DNA of 64,000 nt from a virus (lineage: Duplodnaviria > Caudoviricetes). The DNA lies in IMG/VR virus record IMGVR_UViG_3300020576_002947, positions 96,001-160,000 of that record. One strand, 5' to 3'. The notes beneath the pieces were generated by a model that was given only the letters and a program-made list of their open reading frames with translations, did no database searches and was not told the origin of the DNA. This document shows, one piece after another, positions 7,465-17,462 of this stretch (its first letter is position 1; each line of letters begins with the position of its first letter). A program made the translations under genes and the position numbers.

Positions 7465-10448
7465 TATGCTGACCTTTCAAAACTTGCTGAAGCCGCCCTA
7501 TATCCGAATGATAGACTTTGCAGTCTAGTAGATCTTGTTGGATTAGTCCTAACAAGATAACATGCGAACCTTGGTGATATATCTAGAGTCTCGTACTCGA
7601 CCCTTATTTTAGCAGGAATGTCTCCATACATCAAAAATGACTTATTAAAGACTAACTCTGAGTCTGGTGTTACATAGTATTCAATTACAGGATAGAAAGA
7701 GTCACTTAGAACATCAGGCTCAAACTCTCTTAGAGTAGGCTGTCTTCCAAACTGATAATCAGTAACATTTCTTGTAATAAATTTATTGGATGAGAAAAAG
7801 TCATTGATATCTGACTGACTAGCAGCACTTTGGTCCTTTTGATACAGCTTATTGTAGTACAGGTAATCAGCTGTTACTGTAGCTCCTTCACCAGTTAACC
7901 CAATCAAAGTTATCAAGCCTAAATCAGAGTCAATACTAAACTCAGTCTGTCTTAGTTTCCTTCTAGTTACCGTAGACGTTGAGTAGTACACATTTACTAG
8001 ACTTAGATCCTTTGCAGTTAGAATAGGCTTGTTAGCCATCTGGAAGATGTTCTTTACCTGAGAAGCAATGATCGTTGTTGAGGTGATAGGAGAATTAATA
8101 CTAGTACCACCACTAGCCGCAATCTTCTTAAATACTGTTTCAAACTTATCTCTGTCAGCACCATTTTGAATGAGGTTCTTTATAGTTGTTGATAAGTTAT
8201 TAACTTGCCAAGCAAATCCACCTGTTGAAAGAGGTAGATGATAGAACTCAGCTGTATAAAGACCATCTGCAGTTTCTTGATAGTAACCAAGAGTCTTTAA
8301 CGCACTAAGAGAAGTCGTTCTAGTCCACTCTTCAAACCCCGATACATTTTCTTGTAGAAGTCTTGTTTGCTCTTCTGCAGTAACTAGTTTAAGAGTTTCT
8401 CCTGTAACTGACCTAATTAACATATTATTAGGTGCTCCTAGATTATCAGGATAAGCAACAAAGCTATCAGCCTCAATAGTTACGGATATAGGAACGTATC
8501 CTTCAAACGTTAGAATATTCCCTGATGTAATGGAAGCATTAATACTTTGGAAACTGTAGTCAGACTGCCTTATAGAAGATACAACATCAGTAGTTAATCC
8601 ATAGACTGTCTTTGCGTTAGAATCCCAGAAGTAGTCATTGGCACCATAAGTAGTTAAGAACTCGTTTGTATCTGCGATCTTTTTCCTTCTTAGATGGATA
8701 GGTCTTGACAGAACGACTGACTGATTTGAGTTTGTGCCATTGAATAGCTCCACTCTAGTTCTAGGAGTTACCACATACTTAATTGTGTTGGGATCTTGGT
8801 TATAAAGATTATTTGTATACTCCTCATCAGTAACAAACTCCACCAACTCCCCATCAGTATAATCCTCTGTAGTAGTATTGAATGTCGAAGGAGCTAAAAG
8901 AACTCTACTATCAAAGTCATCCTCATAAGGATAAACCACAAACTTTGTTGACGCTGCATTGTAAGAATCTAGTGCAGCACGAAGCCAAATCTTCCTAATC
9001 TCTTTTCTAGTTTTAACGGGTTTACTAAGAAGTAGGCCTCTTGGCATAAACTCCTTGTATCTGATATCCAGTTCTTGGATGGCCCATTTATATGCGAGTT
9101 GATTATTAACTGTTAGCGTGTTTGTCTGGTTTAGAACCAATGATACTCTAGAAGTAGTAGTTAAGAAAGGTAGCTGAATATAAGTAGGGCGGTCTATATA
9201 CTTATTAACAGAATATTGATACTCCCCATAATATCCGACTATATCATCAATCTGTAGACTTCCTTCCTCTCTAAACAGTCCAATCTGTATCATTGCTGAT
9301 ACTGCATTGTTTGGGAAATAGAATGATTTTTGATGCTGCGCTGCCCATGATTGAGCATTAAAATTAACTGACTCGTTAGATACAGTGTAGCCTGATGAAT
9401 CTAATGACAGTACCCTAATTTGAGCTGCTACAGCTTGTCCTAGGCTTCTCCAACGTAAGTCTAGTCTATTATCAACTAAGTAACTACTACTGCTTAATGA
9501 TAAGGCATTAACCATTGAGCTGGTATAAGCAGAAGCTAAGTCAATTACCTTTGTTACGTAAGAGTTGTAGCTACCATCTGATTCGATTAAAGCGTAAGCA
9601 CCATCCTCAAAACCACCACTAGCTACTACGGAAGCACTCGCCAAACTCCAGCTTCCAGTAAGAATATTTTGCTGATCCTTAGGAGACCAGCGTATATCTT
9701 GCACATAGAAACCGAGATCAGATGCAGGCTGGATGAACACTTCACTAGCTTTTATTGATCTCTCGCACCAAAAAGTAAGATAATCAAAAGTACCTAAGTT
9801 ACCAGAGTTAATCCAATGGAACTGGTTGTTACTATTTAGTACAAGAGGTTTATTAGAATAACAGGCTTTCTCTACGAAAGTATCAGGACTTGAATCAATA
9901 GCATTTGTAAGATTTCCAATAGATCCTTCGTAACTAGTAAACTCATGCTCTAGTACTGCCAGCTCCTTAGTAAAAGATCTAATACTAGAGAACTCACCAT
10001 GGACTGGTAGAGTAAAGTCATTCTGGTCGTTATCGAAATGAAGAGGTTTAAAGACCTGGTAGTAGTCATCATTCGACTCAATAAAGGATTGGGTTCCTGA
10101 GTCTAAAGTAATGGATAAGTAATCTGTATTAGATAGAAGCTTACTACTCTTAAGTTTATTTTCTACCGTATTAATAGACTCTGTTAAATCTCTTAACTTA
10201 GCGGATAGCTTTGTTGTAAGATTTAAACTCTGGTTATTAACATAATCAATCTCAGAGAAAATACCAGTAAGGTTTGATAGCTGGTAATCAGTTACAGTAT
10301 TCCAGTTGTTTGAGGAGTTTAAGGGTAGGAAAGGTATGTTAGTAAAAACAAAGTCTCCGCCAGTACTCTGAGTGGTAGGTCTTTGGCTATAATTATAGAC
10401 ATTCTTAGCCCAATCAAAGACAGAACCTAGTGTTAAGATATAGCTCAT
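7464..10448 (-). CDS. Large virion structural protein (paralogue family member)
   Basis: 994 aa; N-terminal coiled coil, carbohydrate-binding-like beta segment (…LQIDDI…), related C-terminus. Confidence 0.6.
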   Translation of the reverse strand: MSYILTLGSVFDWAKNVYNYSQRPTTQSTGGDFVFTNIPFLPLNSSNNWNTVTDYQLSNLTGIFSEIDYVNNQSLNLTTKLSAKLRDLTESINTVENKLKSSKLLSNTDYLSITLDSGTQSFIESNDDYYQVFKPLHFDNDQNDFTLPVHGEFSSIRSFTKELAVLEHEFTSYEGSIGNLTNAIDSSPDTFVEKACYSNKPLVLNSNNQFHWINSGNLGTFDYLTFWCERSIKASEVFIQPASDLGFYVQDIRWSPKDQQNILTGSWSLASASVVASGGFEDGAYALIESDGSYNSYVTKVIDLASAYTSSMVNALSLSSSSYLVDNRLDLRWRSLGQAVAAQIRVLSLDSSGYTVSNESVNFNAQSWAAQHQKSFYFPNNAVSAMIQIGLFREEGSLQIDDIVGYYGEYQYSVNKYIDRPTYIQLPFLTTTSRVSLVLNQTNTLTVNNQLAYKWAIQELDIRYKEFMPRGLLLSKPVKTRKEIRKIWLRAALDSYNAASTKFVVYPYEDDFDSRVLLAPSTFNTTTEDYTDGELVEFVTDEEYTNNLYNQDPNTIKYVVTPRTRVELFNGTNSNQSVVLSRPIHLRRKKIADTNEFLTTYGANDYFWDSNAKTVYGLTTDVVSSIRQSDYSFQSINASITSGNILTFEGYVPISVTIEADSFVAYPDNLGAPNNMLIRSVTGETLKLVTAEEQTRLLQENVSGFEEWTRTTSLSALKTLGYYQETADGLYTAEFYHLPLSTGGFAWQVNNLSTTIKNLIQNGADRDKFETVFKKIAASGGTSINSPITSTTIIASQVKNIFQMANKPILTAKDLSLVNVYYSTSTVTRRKLRQTEFSIDSDLGLITLIGLTGEGATVTADYLYYNKLYQKDQSAASQSDINDFFSSNKFITRNVTDYQFGRQPTLREFEPDVLSDSFYPVIEYYVTPDSELVFNKSFLMYGDIPAKIRVEYETLDISPRFACYLVRTNPTRSTRLQSLSFGYRAASASFERSA

Positions 10449-12325
10449 ATGTTAGTTACTGGTAAATTCGCATTTGATGTATTAGCCATACTAATCAAAA
10501 ACTTAACCTTTAAATCTAAAGTAGAGTCCTCAGGTTCCGTTGAATCTGGCTCTGTAACTGCGTAAGACTTAATATTAGAGAAAACCATCTCAGATTCTGA
10601 CATCTGTGAACCTGTGTAAGACTTGTTGTAAAAAGCTGATGGTATTTTTACTCCGCTACTATAAGTAAAGGGGTCAGAATCTACATAGGTCAAGACTGTT
10701 GTCCAGCTAGAACCATCTGTAGACCTTGATAAAGTCAAAGTATCCCCAACCATTTCAAATCTCCAGTAATGAAGACCTGCAAAGTACCAAGAAGTGTTTG
10801 CTGGGTTTAGTTGGAGGATTGGATCATACGAGCCAGTGCCTGAAACATACTCTGTTACAGTACTAGCAAGAACTTTATACTCTGCAGGTATGGTGTCTGA
10901 TTTGTAGTAGCCATCACTATTAGTTCCAGTAACGTAAGTACCCCACCACCCACCATTTCCTAGTAAGTTGGCATTTGATAAACCATTAATATAAACTAAC
11001 GAATAAAGATTATCATCGTAGCCAAAGTCATCGTAACGAAACTTGACAATAGCAACAGACCCAGCAAAAACAATATCTTTATTATAAGATCCTGGTGCGT
11101 TGTTGAAATCATTAATTTTAAGGGTCCTATTATTTGGATAAGCGAAGAACTTGACTGCGTAACCGTAATACTGAGTTCCACTAGTATAGCCACTTACAGT
11201 TTTCGGAGTAGTATGAGATGATACTCTTAAAGCAGGTCCTGCAATATGAAAGTGAGGGTAGTTTTGAACCCACAGAGTTGGAAGGTTCCATGAGTGCCAG
11301 CTAAATTCAATCCCAGTGTCTTCATAAGACTGGTTGTATACATCCTCATGATAGATTAATCCGCCTGCTGTACTATAAGGAGGATATGAACCAGACCATA
11401 TAGCACTACCTTTACACTCTAAGCGATTTAAAGACCCTGGCACTGCTGTGATATTATCTAGTCCGCCATTAGGATACGCCGTCCCTGTGCTGCTCGCACT
11501 AGCTGTATACCAAAAAGAATAACTACTTGTATAACTGCTCTTTACCAAAGTTCTAAGAACACTTGTTGAGTCAGTGTTAAACTCATTACCAGCCAGATTT
11601 TTAGTAATAGTCCAAGGATACTCGACCTCAATGCTTGAAGAAGATGCTGGGGTCATAGAAGTCATTTTACTGAGTACTATATGATAATTAAACTGTGTTA
11701 GGCTTGACCCTGGTGCAGTCCCTACCCAACCAGTATATGAACCTCTTGCCTTCTCAAGAGCCTGTGCATCGGTAGAAGCTTCAAACCAACCTTTATCAGA
11801 ACTTCCTTGTACTTCGATAGAACCGACTACATTAAAGGATCGATTAGCATACGGATCAGAGCCAAAAACAGCTGGAATACTGACTGTACCTGAGATAGAC
11901 ACAGCACTAGTTAAAGAAGATGTTACTGTAGCACCTGTGTGAGTTACCTGAGTAAACGATACTAAAGTATCGTCTTCTGCTAGTACTGATGCTGGGGTCG
12001 TGTAAGTAAGTGTATTGCTATCTAGTGTTGGAGATACACAAAGAGATACTTCCCCTGATGAAGTGAGCAAGTAAATATTACCATGCTTCTCTTTTAGATA
12101 ATGCTGTAGAGAGACGATTGAATCAGCATAAGAGTTTAAATCACTCGCTCTGATAATCCTTCCAATAAAAGGAACAAGAGGTTTCTCGTCTTCTCTTAGC
12201 CAGTTAGTATCGTTTACACGCTCTGCATTATGAGGCCACTTGATAGTTAAACTATCATAATCAGTAAAGTCTGATGTTGCAAAAGTGTTTACTAGTTTTG
12301 CTTTATCATTTGGTCGATACTTCAT
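10445..12325 (-). CDS. Putative tail fibre / receptor-binding protein
   Basis: 626 aa, S/T/Y/G-rich; C-terminal lectin-like beta-sandwich segment HYWRFEMVGDTLTLSRSTDGSSWTTV. Confidence 0.5.
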   Translation of the reverse strand: MKYRPNDKAKLVNTFATSDFTDYDSLTIKWPHNAERVNDTNWLREDEKPLVPFIGRIIRASDLNSYADSIVSLQHYLKEKHGNIYLLTSSGEVSLCVSPTLDSNTLTYTTPASVLAEDDTLVSFTQVTHTGATVTSSLTSAVSISGTVSIPAVFGSDPYANRSFNVVGSIEVQGSSDKGWFEASTDAQALEKARGSYTGWVGTAPGSSLTQFNYHIVLSKMTSMTPASSSSIEVEYPWTITKNLAGNEFNTDSTSVLRTLVKSSYTSSYSFWYTASASSTGTAYPNGGLDNITAVPGSLNRLECKGSAIWSGSYPPYSTAGGLIYHEDVYNQSYEDTGIEFSWHSWNLPTLWVQNYPHFHIAGPALRVSSHTTPKTVSGYTSGTQYYGYAVKFFAYPNNRTLKINDFNNAPGSYNKDIVFAGSVAIVKFRYDDFGYDDNLYSLVYINGLSNANLLGNGGWWGTYVTGTNSDGYYKSDTIPAEYKVLASTVTEYVSGTGSYDPILQLNPANTSWYFAGLHYWRFEMVGDTLTLSRSTDGSSWTTVLTYVDSDPFTYSSGVKIPSAFYNKSYTGSQMSESEMVFSNIKSYAVTEPDSTEPEDSTLDLKVKFLISMANTSNANLPVTNI

Positions 12326-13593
12326 TAAATTATTGCCTCAGGAGGAGTCTGCTCTCTTAGTATTGCTGTAATACGTACTTCAAAGTTCTCTGACCCACTA
12401 GAATATAGTGCGCCCCTAGATAAGGTTAGGTTTGGAAGTGCTGGGGCTGCTCCAGTTGTAATTGTAGATGTAAATCCAGTACCAGGAACCAACGGCATAA
12501 AACGGAAGCCCATACAATGTCCAATAATTTTGTTCTTATAGTAGCTGGTACTATTATCCCAGTCAAGGAAAAACATACCATAACCAGTAGCATGTACTGG
12601 AATTTTTGTGCTTCCTGAAACAACCCATCCTGTCGTACTAACAAAGTCTGCTATTAAAGTCTTAAACGTAACCCCATCTTCTGCAGTAAGAGCACTTGGA
12701 TTTAATACTGTTGAGTAAAAACCAGAGCTGAACCTACTTGACTCTGCAAACACATCATTAACAAAGTAAGTATTTCCAGATGTCTGCTGTCTTTCAAAAT
12801 AAGCACTATAGAAGTTTTCAGGTATTGAGACACCACTTACTACACAGGTAAGTAAGTACATATCCTGCCTTAGTCCGCTAGAAACATCTCCTTGAAAACC
12901 AACTTTTAGAAGACCAGGACCTAAGTCGTTTAGAACTTCTGCATCTAATGTAGCTAATCTTTGTACTTTAATGATAGCGTCACCTAGATTATTCATCAGT
13001 TCAGATCTAATAACGTAGCTGTCGTCATCTACAAGAGGTTCTGAAGAGTCTGTAACTGTTACAAGTGTATCTCTAGTTGTAGGAAATGATGATGTTTCAC
13101 CAAGTAGAATATTCTGTTGATCATAATTGATTTCTACTTTAACATTTCTAAGCTTTATCTCATTATTCAGATCAGTATGAGGACGTACTAAAACACTAAA
13201 GTTCTCAGTACGTAGATCATATCTATTAATTAAGAAGCCTGTAATATCACAAGTAAAAGTAAGAACAACATCTGTAGTACTTTGATAGCCTGCAGGTATG
13301 AACTTTTCTTCGGTGACTAAAGTCGTTCCATCATAGCTTAATCCTGCTTTAAGTAGGGTAGTAGAATCGGCTGTTGTACTAGATTCAAGACTAAAGGTTA
13401 CATCTATTGACGTAATAGTAGATTTTGGGTTTCTGAACTGATCTACTAATCCATCAAAATCCCACAATCGTAAACTACCCGTTGACCAAGACGCAGGTAA
13501 AGTAGTATAGGTAGTAGAAGTATCACCTATAATATTAGCTGTATCAGTCCAGTCTATTCCAGAAGCTTGCTGGCAGTAAGTGGTAAAAATCAT
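12325..13593 (-). CDS. Virion structural protein
   Basis: 422 aa, beta-rich, coupled within the structural operon. Confidence 0.5.
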   Translation of the reverse strand: MIFTTYCQQASGIDWTDTANIIGDTSTTYTTLPASWSTGSLRLWDFDGLVDQFRNPKSTITSIDVTFSLESSTTADSTTLLKAGLSYDGTTLVTEEKFIPAGYQSTTDVVLTFTCDITGFLINRYDLRTENFSVLVRPHTDLNNEIKLRNVKVEINYDQQNILLGETSSFPTTRDTLVTVTDSSEPLVDDDSYVIRSELMNNLGDAIIKVQRLATLDAEVLNDLGPGLLKVGFQGDVSSGLRQDMYLLTCVVSGVSIPENFYSAYFERQQTSGNTYFVNDVFAESSRFSSGFYSTVLNPSALTAEDGVTFKTLIADFVSTTGWVVSGSTKIPVHATGYGMFFLDWDNSTSYYKNKIIGHCMGFRFMPLVPGTGFTSTITTGAAPALPNLTLSRGALYSSGSENFEVRITAILREQTPPEAII

Positions 13594-14321
13594 GTTGTTA
13601 TTGACGTTAACGAAACGTTAAGTATGACCCCTTGCATTGCAGTTGTGCCGAAGATTTCTCCTCCACCAGCACTCTCAATAGCATGAACAAAACCTCTTAT
13701 TAGAAAGTGAGTTGTAGTTCTAATTGCAAAACAACTTACTAAAAGATCAGTCATAGTAGAAAAGTACTGTGGGCTTGTAAATGAAGGTGTGAGCCAAGCA
13801 CTTATAAGAACTTCCTTGCCGTCGATATATGTGTCCCAGAAACTTGAGTCTTGTGTTAAGAAAGCTGAAGGGTGGTTAGTGTAGTCTCTAAACTCCTCAC
13901 TAGTAATTACAACTTCAAAAGGAAGACAGTTTCCGCTTACTCCTGTAGTAATTCCTGATAGAAAATCATTACGTATATCAGCTAAGTTTCTTTGGTACAC
14001 GTAAGGTTTTAAAAGAGCACTAACACTAGCATCTCCACTAGTACCTAAGGTTGTACTTGCTACTGGGCATGAAGGAGCATAAATAGGTTCACCATAAGTA
14101 CCACTGGATGATGGTGATGCAGCAACGAAGGTAAACCACTTTTGTAGCTCTGTCGTTGCTAAGGATAGTTTGTTGTAGTACGCAGCAAAAGCGATCTGTG
14201 ATTCTAATACCGAAGTAACTCGAAAGCTATCAGTTAGGTCTGCAAATCGATCTACAGCACTCTGACTTAAGTCTGTAGTACTAGGGAATGTTAGGGTTTC
14301 GTAATTTGCAAGCTCTGACAT
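13590..14321 (-). CDS. Virion structural protein
   Basis: 243 aa, ATGA-overlapped with the downstream gene. Confidence 0.45.
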   Translation of the reverse strand: MSELANYETLTFPSTTDLSQSAVDRFADLTDSFRVTSVLESQIAFAAYYNKLSLATTELQKWFTFVAASPSSSGTYGEPIYAPSCPVASTTLGTSGDASVSALLKPYVYQRNLADIRNDFLSGITTGVSGNCLPFEVVITSEEFRDYTNHPSAFLTQDSSFWDTYIDGKEVLISAWLTPSFTSPQYFSTMTDLLVSCFAIRTTTHFLIRGFVHAIESAGGGEIFGTTAMQGVILNVSLTSITT

Positions 14322-14323
14322 TT

Positions 14324-15856
14324 CTACTCCGTATACTGAATAAAGTAATCCATACCGACAGGTATATGGAACTTAACGATATTATCAACCTCTTCCTGGG
14401 AGAACTGGTCTAGAACTGTTTTAGCTATTTCGATCTTTACAATACCACCTTGGTGTAAAGAAACACCACCCCAAGTTCCTAAGTCAAAGAACTGTTGAAG
14501 CTGCCTAAACAGAGTATCAGAGTACTTAGAACCTTTTAAGCTTTCTATAGAGTTAATACCACCGCCTCTGTTTCTTAGATCAATAATACTGATCTGGTCA
14601 TTCTTACCACCACGAGCCAATGTTATCTTACCGATTGGAGCCATGCTAGGTAGATATGTTGAAAACACATCATTTGTGTTTGGACCAGCACCTAAATCAT
14701 CATACTCAGCCTGACCTAAGACTGTAGTACCCCAGTAGTTAAAGAACTCTCTTACAGTTAAACTATAATCTTCATTAAAGTCTTCATCCAATGGACCCAC
14801 ATAGTGTCTCACAAAATGAGTCTCTCCATAGTTGAAAGCAGACTTAAACTCAATACTACCAGTAAAGACTCCTTTACTTGTTTCAGTAAAGTTAAGTTTA
14901 GCAGCAGCTACAGGAACTAAGTAGATCTGGACTTCGTCATACAAAGCTTTTAGACTAGAGACATAAGCAGATGATACATCTGAATAAGATCTCCTACCAT
15001 ACTCAGGATTTAAGTCTAACCCTTTATAGACAGTATTTGTGCCATCATAAAATTTAAAACCTTTATAATTATAAGTTTGTGGCTGAGTAAGGTAGGTTAC
15101 TGTAACTTTAGTATCTGGATCAAGACTACATACTAGATTAACAACTCCGTTTGCAGTGAAGTCTCTAATCTCTGCCGAAGTCTCTCCTACTTGTAACTTA
15201 CCAGAGTAAAGAGTGCTACCTTCTGCTACAACACTAATCAAGTACTCAGGAACATGTTTAAGATTAATAGTAGTTGGAGTAGCTGGATAAGTATCTTCTA
15301 TTACTTGAGATAGACAAGCAGTGTTTGGGAAAAGAGTGTCTGTAGAGCTCGGAGCAGTAAAGGTTTGGTAGCTTACCTCAGGAACACCGTAGACAAGCAA
15401 AAGTTTATCACCTTCAGCAAAACCAGCTCTAGGTAACCAGCTCCAGGCTGGCTCACTTTGCATTGTATAAGTTCTTAGGAAGTTACCTACTCCAACACTA
15501 GGAGTAAAAGACTTATCAGGGTTTACAAAAACACCATTTATCAGGATAGGAGATGATAAGTGCTTAAATGTAATAGCATTGTTTTCTACAGATAGATCAC
15601 CAAGACTAAGACTTGATGCTGAAATCCCTAAACTAGAAATTGCCTCAAAGCTTACTGAGGCTGTTGCTGATATAACAGACATCCCAGACGGATTAAAAGA
15701 TAATGATCTAACTCTAGGAATGTTATCAACAACATACTGCTGTTCTGAAAAGATTGCAAGTGATTCGGGATTAAAACCAGCAGACGAAATAAAAGCTATT
15801 GGTAGACAATTTTCTACTAGCTGAGGTCCTATCTGTAACTGTAGATTATTGTCCAT
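14324..15856 (-). CDS. Baseplate wedge-like protein
   Basis: 510 aa; C-terminal DLRNRGGG…FFDLG…GGIVKIEI…KFHIPVG resembles C-termini I recall from large-myovirus baseplate proteins. Confidence 0.5.
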   Translation of the reverse strand: MDNNLQLQIGPQLVENCLPIAFISSAGFNPESLAIFSEQQYVVDNIPRVRSLSFNPSGMSVISATASVSFEAISSLGISASSLSLGDLSVENNAITFKHLSSPILINGVFVNPDKSFTPSVGVGNFLRTYTMQSEPAWSWLPRAGFAEGDKLLLVYGVPEVSYQTFTAPSSTDTLFPNTACLSQVIEDTYPATPTTINLKHVPEYLISVVAEGSTLYSGKLQVGETSAEIRDFTANGVVNLVCSLDPDTKVTVTYLTQPQTYNYKGFKFYDGTNTVYKGLDLNPEYGRRSYSDVSSAYVSSLKALYDEVQIYLVPVAAAKLNFTETSKGVFTGSIEFKSAFNYGETHFVRHYVGPLDEDFNEDYSLTVREFFNYWGTTVLGQAEYDDLGAGPNTNDVFSTYLPSMAPIGKITLARGGKNDQISIIDLRNRGGGINSIESLKGSKYSDTLFRQLQQFFDLGTWGGVSLHQGGIVKIEIAKTVLDQFSQEEVDNIVKFHIPVGMDYFIQYTE

Positions 15857-17462
15857 ACTTAATTAAAACCTCTTTTGAGAGTGAAGTGGAGCTATTAGCT
15901 ATTACCTTAGAGTCTGTCGTTGATGAGACACTTATCTTATCTGATAAAGCAAATATGTTAGATACCTCTCTAGTCGTAGTTACAGAAATAGAGTTATTAT
16001 ACTCAATTCTACTTACATCAGGGATTATAAACTTAGAATCTGAATCACACTTTAATTGGATAGTCTGAGATTTAGGATAACCATAGCCCGCTATTCCACT
16101 AGTATAAAGTACAGGAGCATTTTCTGCACCTAAATCCTTTACACCAAGCAAGAGCACACTCCCTGAATGTACTTTAGCATTATCCACAGGATTGCTTACA
16201 TCTATCAGAACAGAAGCTGATACTGAATCACTAATTGCCCAAACCCTAGTAGTCTGTGTTGGTGCTAAGCTAATTAGCATCTCACCCTTTAAGTCTGTTA
16301 AAGTAGATGACGGATAAGCATATGTAATGAGTGAGGAGCTAAAACTACTAGTACCTGCAGAATTCGTTAGAAGTATCGTTACATCTTTCTGTGGTATAGG
16401 TAACAGGTTCTTATAAAGTACCTGAACTCTAACACTAACTTCCTCTTCCCATCCAGAGCAGATAGAAGTCTTTGAACTAGTAATGTTTATAGTGTTAGTT
16501 GTTCTACTATCAGCCAAGCTACCAGATGTAGAATGGTGGAATAGATAGCCTGTTCTAAAACTGTTTGGCAGGAGTGGATTAAAGTTTGCTCGACCAGCGG
16601 CTATGCTAACTTCTGGCATAGCTAAACTAAGAGAGTTAGCACTCTCCCATTCGACCCTAACAGTATCGCTAGCAGCAGAAGTAAAGACTAGAATTTGATT
16701 TGACTGAGTACCTAATGTCCATGAGAAAGGTACGTAGTATTCAGCTCTAACCCATTGACCATCTTCTCCTGAGAACGGAGATGTAATAGTACCAGAGGAT
16801 AGTCCTGAGTAGCTTTGTGAGCTTGAGCCTCTTACCAGAGTAGTGTTGTATCTATGATAGTAAGTAGGGTAGACATAGCCCTCAGTGATTCTCAGAAGCT
16901 CGCTAATAAGAAGAGTGGAGCTTGTCTGAGATATATCGAAGAATAGAGAGGATGCTGGTGTTGTTTCTGACTTAACCTGAACAGTTAGGCCTGAAACATA
17001 ATAGCTGTAACTATCTAGATCTTGTACTCTCGGTACTGGGTAAAGATCCCAATACAATCCTCTAGCACCTAGAATTGAAGTACCAGAGCTTAGTGTAGAT
17101 TCCCATATGCCTGAAGATACTTCAGTCCATGATAGATTTTGAGCCGCTCTTAGATAATTAAGTACAGGAACATACTGGTAAGCTGACCCAAACACCTCTA
17201 GATCGGAGTTGTATCCATTTAAAGATTCCGTTAAGGTTACTGTGTTTGATCCTGATACAAGTGCTGAGGTTAGGGTAGACGCTGAGATAAAGAGCCTTTT
17301 CTCAATACCATCTAAGTCATAGTAATGGCCGGGCTTTAAAGTTAGATTCCACTCACAGTTAGGACCTAGAATAACTCTTGGCTCGAGTGAGGACTCTTGT
17401 GAAATGCCAATACTAGGGTATCCTAAACTAGTTAAATCACTTGTTGTACGATTTCTATTCAT
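15846..17462 (-). CDS. Structural protein with Ig-like (Big_1-type) domain
   Basis: 538 aa; VSVRVQVLYKNLLPIPQKDVTI…TLTDLKGEM is an Ig-like Big_1 pattern. Confidence 0.5.
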   Translation of the reverse strand: MNRNRTTSDLTSLGYPSIGISQESSLEPRVILGPNCEWNLTLKPGHYYDLDGIEKRLFISASTLTSALVSGSNTVTLTESLNGYNSDLEVFGSAYQYVPVLNYLRAAQNLSWTEVSSGIWESTLSSGTSILGARGLYWDLYPVPRVQDLDSYSYYVSGLTVQVKSETTPASSLFFDISQTSSTLLISELLRITEGYVYPTYYHRYNTTLVRGSSSQSYSGLSSGTITSPFSGEDGQWVRAEYYVPFSWTLGTQSNQILVFTSAASDTVRVEWESANSLSLAMPEVSIAAGRANFNPLLPNSFRTGYLFHHSTSGSLADSRTTNTINITSSKTSICSGWEEEVSVRVQVLYKNLLPIPQKDVTILLTNSAGTSSFSSSLITYAYPSSTLTDLKGEMLISLAPTQTTRVWAISDSVSASVLIDVSNPVDNAKVHSGSVLLLGVKDLGAENAPVLYTSGIAGYGYPKSQTIQLKCDSDSKFIIPDVSRIEYNNSISVTTTREVSNIFALSDKISVSSTTDSKVIANSSTSLSKEVLIKYGQ

